A stretch of 64,000 bases of DNA, taken from contig JBGCFM010000149.1 in the NCBI GenBank assembly GCA_045106895.1, positions 1-64,000 of the forward strand. Direction: 5' to 3'. The stretch is from Polyangiales bacterium. GTDB taxonomy: Bacteria > Myxococcota_A > Polyangia > Polyangiales > Houyiibacteriaceae. Positions 37,361-46,540 of the stretch are shown here, piece after piece (the stretch's first letter is position 1; every line of letters starts with the position of its first letter). The notes below the pieces were generated by a model. That model was not told the origin of the DNA, searched no databases, and saw only the letters and a program-made list of their open reading frames with translations. The translations under genes and the position numbers were made by a program.

Positions 37361-37771
37361 ATGCCGCAAATCATCCAGCCCCCAGACCTCGCCAAGGCGC
37401 GTGGCTACTCCAATGGACTCGCCTATCCCGCCGGCCAGCTGCTCTTTGTCGCAGGGCAGATCGGCTGGGACGCGGAGTGCAAGCTCGTCTCCACTGCCTT
37501 CGCGGCCCAGTACGACCAGGCATTGGCGAATGTGATGTCCGTCGTTCGCGAAGCTGGCGCCGAGGCCACCTCCGTGGGCCGCATGACCGTCTATGTCACG
37601 GACAAGAAGGCATACCTCGCCGTCCTCAAAGAGCTGGGCGCCATTCACAAACGGCACATGGGCAGGCACTACCCCGCGATGTCCCTCGTCGAGGTCAAAG
37701 ACCTCCTCGAAGAGGGCGCGCTTGTTGAAATCGAAGCGACGGCTGTGATCCCAGCAAAGGAAGTTCAATGA
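37361..37771 (+). CDS. RidA/YjgF family protein
   Basis: GYSNG, FVAGQIG, HYPAMSLVEV, LVEIEA. Confidence 0.92.
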   Translation: MPQIIQPPDLAKARGYSNGLAYPAGQLLFVAGQIGWDAECKLVSTAFAAQYDQALANVMSVVREAGAEATSVGRMTVYVTDKKAYLAVLKELGAIHKRHMGRHYPAMSLVEVKDLLEEGALVEIEATAVIPAKEVQ

Positions 37772-38568
37772 TCGAAACGAAAAGCTTCAAGACAGAGCTG
37801 AGCCCGGACGGTGTGCTCACGGTGACGTTGAGTCGCCCAAAACGCATCAACGCCCTCACCTTCGAGGTCTACGGGGAACTCCGCGATCTCTTCCGCCACC
37901 TCAAAGAGAACGAACCTGAAGTTCGTAGCGTCGTTCTCAACGGCGAAGGCCCACGTGGGTTCTGCAGCGGAGGCGACGTTAGCGACATTATCGCCCAGCT
38001 CTTCGATCGCGATATGGCCGGTCTCGTCGAGTTCACCCGAATGACGGGCGCCCTGGTTCACGCCATTCGCACCACACGCCCACCCGTCATCGCCGCGCTT
38101 CACGGCGTCTGCTGCGGGGCCGGAGCCGTCATCGCGGCCGCGTGCGATATTCGTTATGCCGCCCCCGATCTGCGGATGGCCTACCTCTTCCCGCAGGTCG
38201 GTTTGTCCGGCGCGGACATGGGTGCCGCCTACCTCCTGCCGCGCATCGTAGGACTGGGCCGCGCGAGCGAGTTGCTCTACGGAGGTGACTTTATCAACGC
38301 GGAAGAGGCTCATCGTATCGGACTTATCAACCGAATCGTCGACGCCGAGGCCTTGCAGAGCGAAGCCCATGCCTTCGCGACGAAGCTAGCCAAGGGGCCC
38401 GCCTTCGCCCACGCGATGACGAAGAAGATGCTCGAGTACGAAGGCCACTGCGACTTCACGACGGCCATCGAAGCCGAGGCCCAAGCGCAAGCCATCTGCA
38501 TGGCGCACACAGACTTCCGCGAAGCCCATGACGCCTACACCGGCAAACGACCACCGAAGTTCGCTTGA
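37768..38568 (+). CDS. enoyl-CoA hydratase/isomerase family protein
   Basis: FCSGGDV, PVIAALHGVCCGAG, VGLSGADMG. Confidence 0.93.
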   Translation: MIETKSFKTELSPDGVLTVTLSRPKRINALTFEVYGELRDLFRHLKENEPEVRSVVLNGEGPRGFCSGGDVSDIIAQLFDRDMAGLVEFTRMTGALVHAIRTTRPPVIAALHGVCCGAGAVIAAACDIRYAAPDLRMAYLFPQVGLSGADMGAAYLLPRIVGLGRASELLYGGDFINAEEAHRIGLINRIVDAEALQSEAHAFATKLAKGPAFAHAMTKKMLEYEGHCDFTTAIEAEAQAQAICMAHTDFREAHDAYTGKRPPKFA

Positions 38569-38570
38569 TC

Positions 38571-39752
38571 ATGCCGACCCCCCTGCCCGACTACTTTCAG
38601 TTCGCGCCCTTCGTGGATGCGGAAATGCTCTCCGAGGTCTGGGGCGCCGCAGACTCCCTCGCCGCGGAAGCGCTCGCCCTCGAAGACGGTCGCTCCGCCG
38701 GCGACGCCCTCGTCGCGATGGTTCGCTTGATGGGCGGGCGCGGACTGCTTCGCTTTGTCACGAGCAAAGAGTACGGAGGTGCCTACGACGCGCTCTCCGT
38801 ACGTTCCCTGTGCCTGGTGCGCGAACGCCTTGGCCACGCGTCTCCTTTGGTCGAGCTCGCCTTCGCGATGCAGGGGCTCGGTAGTTACCCGCTCACGCAC
38901 GCCGGTGGCTCCATGGCTGACGCGTGGCTTCCAAAAGTCGTCGCCGGCGAGGCCGTCGCGGCTTTTGCGCTGACAGAAGCCGAAGCAGGCAGCGACCTCA
39001 ACGGAATCTCCACCCGCGCCCACCGCGATGGGGACGAGTGGGTGCTCAGCGGCGAGAAGGTCTTCATCTCGAACGCTCCCGTCGCCGACATGTTCGTTGT
39101 GTTCGCTCGAACGAGCGACGAGGGCCCCGCCTCGCGAGCCCTGAGCGCGTTCTTGGTGCCTGGAAAGCACGTAGGGGTAAGCACGGAAGCCACTCAAGTG
39201 CTCGGCGGCCATCCGATTGGGACGCTTCGCCTCGAGGGCGCTCGTCTTCCTGCAGATCATCTGGTCGGCGAAGAAGGACGCGGCCTCGGACTCGCCTTGG
39301 CGACGCTAGGACGTTTTCGGACCAGCGTCGGCGGCGCGGCGCTGGGCTTCGCTCAACGAGCCCTCGATGAGAGCGTCGCTCACGTAAAGTCGCGCCGGCA
39401 GTTCGGGGCTCCTCTCGCGGAGCTCGACGCTGTTCGGGGACGCATCGGCGACATGGCGTGCCTCCTAGAGAGCAGCCGTCTACTGGTTTACCGTTCGGCG
39501 ATGGCGCTGGATGGCGGCGCCGATCGCCCTGCGAGCACACGTATGGGCAGCATGGCCAAACTCGTCGCGACGGAGTCCGCACAGAAGATCATCGACTCCG
39601 CGGTGCAGCTCCACGGCGGTCGTGGCGTGCAAAGCGAACACATCGTCGCGCGACTCTACGAGGAGGTTCGGGCGCTCCGTATCTACGAGGGCACAAGCGA
39701 CATTCAGCGCGTGCTCATCGCACGCGAAGTACTGCGGGACACCCGCACATGA
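38571..39752 (+). CDS. acyl-CoA dehydrogenase
   Basis: [45 protein letters not shown]. Confidence 0.95.
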   Translation: MPTPLPDYFQFAPFVDAEMLSEVWGAADSLAAEALALEDGRSAGDALVAMVRLMGGRGLLRFVTSKEYGGAYDALSVRSLCLVRERLGHASPLVELAFAMQGLGSYPLTHAGGSMADAWLPKVVAGEAVAAFALTEAEAGSDLNGISTRAHRDGDEWVLSGEKVFISNAPVADMFVVFARTSDEGPASRALSAFLVPGKHVGVSTEATQVLGGHPIGTLRLEGARLPADHLVGEEGRGLGLALATLGRFRTSVGGAALGFAQRALDESVAHVKSRRQFGAPLAELDAVRGRIGDMACLLESSRLLVYRSAMALDGGADRPASTRMGSMAKLVATESAQKIIDSAVQLHGGRGVQSEHIVARLYEEVRALRIYEGTSDIQRVLIAREVLRDTRT

Positions 39753-40900
39753 GCGCATGGTGGCGAGACCCACGGGGCGGCCCACTCTGCGATGCCGCGG
39801 ACGCCTTCGTTCAGTGGCGCGGCGGGGAGCCTGCCCCCGCCGCCGCCGCCGTCGCCTGGCTCTCGGGCCATCTGGACGACTTTGCCCACGACGATGACGC
39901 GCCCCCCAGCGACGACGAGCGCTTCGTCGAAGGTGGAGGGGCGTTCTTGGGGATGGTGCTCGTGACGGCGCGTGCAGGGAGACACGCGCGGAGAGGCACC
40001 GATCACAGAGTCCTCCTCGGCGCGCATGGCAGCTTCGATCCTTTCGGCGCCATCGACGCTTCCCTGGATGCCGATGAACCGCGCCGTGAACTTGCGGAGC
40101 GTCTTCGGTTCGCGGAAGACGAAGCACGGGGCGTGGGTCCGACGTCTCGCGTCGTCGCTGCCTTCGCCGACGCCCTCGCCGCAGCGTCCACGCCGCGCCG
40201 GCTCCGGGAGCGCTTCGACCTGGAGGTGGTCACCGACGACGGCATCGAGGTCAACCTGAGCCGCGCCGCCGAGACCACCCGCGATCAATCCCCGGACGCC
40301 CTTGTACAAGCCGTATCCAAGCTCGTCTCAATGCTGCCGGGAAACAGCGTTGACGGGGAAGACAACACCTGGGAGCAGCTCGGTCCGCAGCTCGTCCCGC
40401 GCCTCGTCACCGAAGCCTTCGCGCTGGAACTGAAAGAGACCGGACGCGGCGAGCTGGCGACTTGGCCCCTTGGCCATCAGCTCCTGGTCGCGCTTCAAGC
40501 ACGCTTTGAGACGCGGGCGCGATACATCCGACAGGATGAAGTCGCCTCCTGGGAAGAAGACGCCTACGCCGTCGCGCTGGCGAACCTAGCGCGGCAGTCT
40601 GCGGGCGCGCGCTTCGCGGCCCTCGACGTCGAGCATGGCCCCCTCGTCGTTGCGCGCACCGGCGATGGGCTCGACTCCGCTCGAATACTCTTGCCTAGCC
40701 TCGCGGACGTTCTTCAGGCGCACCTCGGAGAGACCTTTGTTCTCGCCGCGCCGCACCGAGACACGCTCCTGGCGGCGCCGGACACGGGCGAAGGTCGCCG
40801 GCTTCTCCGTACGCGCGCGGGTGATCTGGCGGCGCGGGCCCCCCACGCCATCAGCGCAGAGCTCTTCCGCAGCCAGCACGGACGCCTTCAGGAGGTCTAG
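39749..40900 (+). CDS. DUF1444-like protein
   Basis: ATGA coupling; LVPRLV, ALANL, GDGLDSARILL, APHRDTLL pattern. Confidence 0.55.
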   Translation: MSAWWRDPRGGPLCDAADAFVQWRGGEPAPAAAAVAWLSGHLDDFAHDDDAPPSDDERFVEGGGAFLGMVLVTARAGRHARRGTDHRVLLGAHGSFDPFGAIDASLDADEPRRELAERLRFAEDEARGVGPTSRVVAAFADALAAASTPRRLRERFDLEVVTDDGIEVNLSRAAETTRDQSPDALVQAVSKLVSMLPGNSVDGEDNTWEQLGPQLVPRLVTEAFALELKETGRGELATWPLGHQLLVALQARFETRARYIRQDEVASWEEDAYAVALANLARQSAGARFAALDVEHGPLVVARTGDGLDSARILLPSLADVLQAHLGETFVLAAPHRDTLLAAPDTGEGRRLLRTRAGDLAARAPHAISAELFRSQHGRLQEV

Positions 40901-41221
40901 GGATTCACTTCAGAAGGCGCCGGCGGCGGCGTTTCATCAAAACGCTCGTCCGCTTCGGGGAGCTGATCCCCAGGGCAAGTGTTTGAGCTGGAGCAGTCGC
41001 CTCCTGGCGCGACGATGGGCTCTGGCGCGACGACAGGCTCAGGTGCAACAACGGGCTCCGGCGCGACGACAGGCTCTGGCTCCTCGAGCGCAGGTGCGGG
41101 CGTGGGCTCTTCGGTGCACGTGTTCGAACTAACAGTCGCTGCCGGGCGGCTCTGGGGTCTCGTCGCAGCCACGAGGGCCAAAGAGACCCGAGAGGAAACA
41201 GAAGATGATCAGTTGGAGCAT
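40897..41221 (-). pseudogene. small secreted Pro/Glu-rich protein split by a frameshift
   Basis: MLQLIIFCFLSGLFGPRGCDETPEPPGSDC* ends at TAG 41129-41131; the +1 frame continues SSNTC, matching the internal repeat GDCSSSNTC. Confidence 0.55.
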
Positions 41222-41318
41222 GGGCAGGACTCCATCGGGTAGCTCGTGAGTGGCCGGAGAGTAGACCCACGCTGCCCCGAAAACCTTGGGACTTGCCTAC
41301 GAGTAGCGTGGAGAGGGC

Positions 41319-42428
41319 CTAGTCGTCGAGTTCGTGCAGCGGACGAACACGCAATCCGCTGTTCCCAACTTCGGACTCCGACTCGCTCGCGAACTCGTTC
41401 GGGTCGAGGGGCGCGTCGCCTCCGGCCTGGGCCGCAAACTCCTGCAGCTCCTGCTCCAACATGGCGAGACCAATCGACGCCATGATGTCGGTCTTTTCCA
41501 CGCGGCGTTTTTTCGCCAGGTGCATGCCAACCATGAGCGACACATCTTTCGGACCCACCGATGTGCCTTCGAGCGCGCGGTCGAGTGCACCTGCGATGAT
41601 GCTGGCGCTGAGACGCTGCGCTGGGTCCGCCACGAGCACGCGCGAAAGAAGCATGTCTACGCTTGCCGGCACGCCCGGGTTAAAGTCGTGAAGCGACGGG
41701 ATCTCGCAGCGAGCTACGTTCTGAACCGTCGCCTTGTCGTTGTCTCCCAGGAAGAGCGGTCGTCCCGCGAGCATTTCCCAAAGAACGATCCCGAGGGCGA
41801 ACACATCCGTGCCCGGTCCCATCTCGCCGCGGCTTACGATCTCCGGCGCCAAGTAGCCGAGCTTTCCGCCCATCATCTCGCGGTCGGTGACGACGTTCGC
41901 TTCCGCGAGACCAAAGTCCGTGAGCTTCACGCTTCCGTCGCGGCCGAGCAGCAAGTTGTGCGGAGAGACATCGCGATGGATGATGTTCATCGACTCACCG
42001 CTCGCGTCCTTGGCCGTGTGGCAATACTCGAGTGCACGCGCAAGCTCGCGACCGATGTAGAGAGCCGCTGCCAGCGGCATGAATGCGCCGCGCTCGTGTG
42101 CCGGGTCGAGGAAGCCTTTGAGTGAGTCTCCGTCAACGAGCTCCATCACCATGATGTACGTGCCGCCAACGTCCCGCGCGTCATAGACACGCACGATGTT
42201 GGGGTGACGAAGCAACATCCCGAGACGCGCCTCGTCCTCAAACATCGCTCGATACATAGGCGCGCCCATCTCGGGCAGCACACGTTTGATGGCGACCTCG
42301 TGACGTGTGCCATCTTCGAGGATGGCCTCCGCCGTCCACACCTCCGCCATACCGCCGACGGCCAAACGCTTGATGGGGCGATAGCGGGTCGGAGCTCGAC
42401 GAAGCTGGGTAGTTAAACCCCTAGGCAT
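41319..42428 (-). CDS. cytoplasmic Ser/Thr protein kinase
   Basis: GGMAEVW, AIKR, HRDVSPHN, DFG, GKLGYLAPE. Confidence 0.95.
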   Translation of the reverse strand: MPRGLTTQLRRAPTRYRPIKRLAVGGMAEVWTAEAILEDGTRHEVAIKRVLPEMGAPMYRAMFEDEARLGMLLRHPNIVRVYDARDVGGTYIMVMELVDGDSLKGFLDPAHERGAFMPLAAALYIGRELARALEYCHTAKDASGESMNIIHRDVSPHNLLLGRDGSVKLTDFGLAEANVVTDREMMGGKLGYLAPEIVSRGEMGPGTDVFALGIVLWEMLAGRPLFLGDNDKATVQNVARCEIPSLHDFNPGVPASVDMLLSRVLVADPAQRLSASIIAGALDRALEGTSVGPKDVSLMVGMHLAKKRRVEKTDIMASIGLAMLEQELQEFAAQAGGDAPLDPNEFASESESEVGNSGLRVRPLHELDD

Positions 42429-42467
42429 GGGCCTAGTGTCGAGTATGGGACCGCCTCGGTCAACGAC

Positions 42468-44276
42468 TCACGATGAAAATAACCCCTGATTCGAAGCATT
42501 TACGTGATCGTCACAGAGGGCCTCGGCGGCGTGCATTTCCGTTGGCCCGGTCACATTCCAGTGGCCTACGAAACCCGCGCTTTCCATCCGCTCCCGTTTC
42601 AACATCGTCTCCAGGGCGCGTTTCCCCGCTTCTCGCTGCGATTTCGCGTTTTTCCCAGGTGGCGGAAGCCTCGGGTAGTCATGACGAAGGACGCCCGCGA
42701 AGTGCCGCTGGTAGGTCGGCGAGAGCCACCACGCGAATGCGTACTCGAGGAGCGCTTCGGGGCTCTCGTCCCCCGAAATATCCTTGGCCCATCGCCGACC
42801 GAGCTCGCTGAGGTTCGCGTCGCCGCCCGGTCCATGCGTCGGAAATGCGCGGGCGCGACAGCTTGAACGCGCGGAGAGGAGGCAGTTGTCGATGATCGTC
42901 GTCGTCGCGAAGACATGGTTCCACGGGCGCCCGCCCCGATCCTTCCGCACCGTTACCAGGGAAAAGCTGGACGCGTCGATGGCACGCTGAAGAGCTGCGC
43001 GTGGCCGATGACAGACCTTGGAGAGGGAGACGAAGTAGCGTGTGTCGTAAGGCCGGTACTCGATAGGCCGAATCCAGGTCGTCCCCGCTGGGTCGTCGTT
43101 GAGGGCCGCGAGCACGAGGCGGCGGGCGGCCTCAGGATCGTAATGCGCGCTCTTCTTCTCGAGCACCTCCAGGAGCGGAAGGCGGAGGCCCATCGCAAAC
43201 GACTGCATGCGACTGAGGAGCGTCTCGCGGCTAGCGTCAACGAGGACCGCGTCACGATTCGTTTGCACGCCCTCGCGATGGAAAGGAATCAGCGTATCGA
43301 TGGATTGCCAATGCGCGGGGAACTCGGCGCCTTCCGTCGGCACGAAGAGATGGCTCGGGGGCAGCGAAGGAAGTGCGGAGAAGGAGGGCTCGGCTTCCGC
43401 GAGGGATCGAAGCTTGTCGTCCTTGGTTCCGAGTACCCGCGCGTAGGTCACCTGCGCCTTGACCGCGTGCATGGGACGGGCGCCGACGGCGACGACGACG
43501 CCGGGGCGTACGCCGAACACGTTGTCGTCCTCCACCCCTCGGGCGCGAGCGACGAGGCTGCTGCCACCAAGGTCCGTCAGTTCGATAGAGGGGAAGCGTC
43601 GAAGAAGCGCGCCTCGCATCCCGCGGTGTACAGGGCCGTCCAAGAAGGAGGCGTTGGACACAAACGCAAAGGCCCCCGGTCGGTGCTCGAAGGCGGCGTG
43701 GGCCCACGCAAAGAAGCGTACGTAGGAGTCGCTGAGGACGCCGAGCTTTCGCTCCTCGAGTCGCACTCCGTTCACGTCCCGCCGAAACGCCTCAAGGTGC
43801 GCTTCCGACGCGCTCACCTTCGAGGCGGTGCGACTCGCCCACGGCGGATTGCCAATGATGGCCAAGGGCCCGTCGACCTCGGCGAGGTGAGGAAGCGCGA
43901 GGGCATCTGCGTGGATCCAGTCGAGGTGAACGCCCGCTGGACGTCCGAGAGCGGCCCGCGCCGACGAGAGCGCCGCCGGGTCCAGGTCGATGCCCCGAAG
44001 GGTGAGATGCTTCGGGTCATCGACAAATCGAAGAAGCGACGCAAAGAAGGCGCCGGTTCCGCATGCAGGATCGATGACCGTCAGCCGCGGGGTGCGAAGT
44101 CCTTTCGGGAGCCCCGCCGACTGAAGCCTAAGATGTAGGCGTTGTACGACATACCGGCACAGCGCGACGGGGGTATGCACGACCCCGTGGGTGCGGCGGC
44201 GAGAGCCGCTAATTTCGCCATCGCGCCGGGAAGCGGCGTCGAGACTGGCGCTCTCCGCTGGGGTCAGTCCGGACAT
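42468..44276 (-). CDS. N6-adenine DNA methyltransferase with type ISP-like specificity domain, no nuclease/helicase
   Basis: GVVHTP, IDPACGTG, IIGNPPW, FVSNASFLDGP.HRGMR, DDNVFGV, GVQTNRD, YRPYD. Start uncertain (44276 or 44309). Confidence 0.8.
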   Translation of the reverse strand: MSGLTPAESASLDAASRRDGEISGSRRRTHGVVHTPVALCRYVVQRLHLRLQSAGLPKGLRTPRLTVIDPACGTGAFFASLLRFVDDPKHLTLRGIDLDPAALSSARAALGRPAGVHLDWIHADALALPHLAEVDGPLAIIGNPPWASRTASKVSASEAHLEAFRRDVNGVRLEERKLGVLSDSYVRFFAWAHAAFEHRPGAFAFVSNASFLDGPVHRGMRGALLRRFPSIELTDLGGSSLVARARGVEDDNVFGVRPGVVVAVGARPMHAVKAQVTYARVLGTKDDKLRSLAEAEPSFSALPSLPPSHLFVPTEGAEFPAHWQSIDTLIPFHREGVQTNRDAVLVDASRETLLSRMQSFAMGLRLPLLEVLEKKSAHYDPEAARRLVLAALNDDPAGTTWIRPIEYRPYDTRYFVSLSKVCHRPRAALQRAIDASSFSLVTVRKDRGGRPWNHVFATTTIIDNCLLSARSSCRARAFPTHGPGGDANLSELGRRWAKDISGDESPEALLEYAFAWWLSPTYQRHFAGVLRHDYPRLPPPGKNAKSQREAGKRALETMLKRERMESAGFVGHWNVTGPTEMHAAEALCDDHVNASNQGLFSS

Positions 44277-44473
44277 TTCCGGGACCATACGCTTTTGAGA
44301 CGTGTCCATCCAGGTGGGCCGTGAGCCGACGATGCGGGGGAAGTTCCTCGTCGGAAAGACGCCTTTGAGGGTGAGCTGGTCACGGAGGCGAGGCGAACTT
44401 TGCGAAGTTCGTTCAAAGAAAGACGCATTTGCACGAAACCTTTTGCATCGCGTGGCATAGTGCCCACGAATCC

Positions 44474-45151
44474 ATGCCGGTTTCTGACGAACAGAATGAC
44501 CCAAGCGCAGGCGGAGGCGAGAACCTCGCCTCTCTGATGGGGCCATCGGACGAACTCCTCGCGTCGATGCGCGCGTCGACGCGGCAGCAGATCGAAGACA
44601 ACAAAGGCGTCCTCACGCAGATTCGCGAGAAGCCGACGCCCCTTCGGCGGATGGCGCTGCTCGTCATCTTGGGGGTCATCGGTGCCTTGGCTGTCGTCGG
44701 CGGGTTCGGTGACACCTGGGTCATCGCGGCGTTCCTAGTCATCGCGGGAGGCAGCTTTTGGCTCGCCCTAAAACCTGCCCATGAGGCGCCGCCGCCGCGC
44801 TGGCTTATTTGGGCGCTCCCCGTTATCGCCCTCGCGACCGCCGTCGTTGTCGCAACTCTCGCCCCTCGCGGCCAGATGCCCTTCGCCCATCATGTGAAGT
44901 GCTTCATCCCTGGCATGGCCATCGCCTTGGTCCTGCTGGGGACCGCTCGACTCTTTCGGCGACAGCCGCTGGGCTTCGCGCCCTTCGCGGGCTCCGTGGG
45001 CGCAGGCCTCGGCGCCAACGCCTTTCTCGCTGGGCGGTGTCACCTTGAACCCACCATGGGGCACCTGCTGATTGGCCATGGGTCGGTTCTCATCGTCGCC
45101 CTCGCCCTCGCGGCGGGCGTTGGCCTCATCGCCCAACGCAACCAGACCTGA
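44474..45151 (+). CDS. NrsF/DUF1109-like multi-TM protein (putative anti-sigma factor)
   Basis: About 6 TM segments with Cys/His pattern KCF...RCH...GHLLIGH. Confidence 0.55.
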   Translation: MPVSDEQNDPSAGGGENLASLMGPSDELLASMRASTRQQIEDNKGVLTQIREKPTPLRRMALLVILGVIGALAVVGGFGDTWVIAAFLVIAGGSFWLALKPAHEAPPPRWLIWALPVIALATAVVVATLAPRGQMPFAHHVKCFIPGMAIALVLLGTARLFRRQPLGFAPFAGSVGAGLGANAFLAGRCHLEPTMGHLLIGHGSVLIVALALAAGVGLIAQRNQT

Positions 45152-45360
45152 GCCTCTTCGGGATCAAAATCGGCAAAAGTCAGCGCTTTTGCTTGGTTCG
45201 TCGGCGAAATTGCGTTGAGCCCACGGAGCATCCTGCTATGGCGCTGACGTTAGTCGGAATTCCGCCGAGCCAAAATGGGTTGCCGCGTGGAAGCTTCGGT
45301 AAGAAATAACGTAGAAGGGGCGCGACCCCACCTTTTGTCGCGCTTTGGAGGATTAGGGAC

Positions 45361-46401
<1,041 letters not shown>

Positions 46402-46457
46402 GTTCTATTCCGCCCAGACCCGCCTCGCGGCGGCGACCTGGACGAAAAGACGTCGCT

Positions 46458-46487
46458 CAAAACGCTCCGCCTTGGCGGGGCGTTTTG
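46458..46487 (+). terminator. rho-independent terminator
   Basis: CAAAACGCTCCGCC-TT-GGCGGGGCGTTTTG. Confidence 0.75.
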
Positions 46488-46540
46488 TCGTTTAAGCCGT
46501 GATTGCGCCGGCGCCCAACTCAGCGAACACTGTGCAGCCA

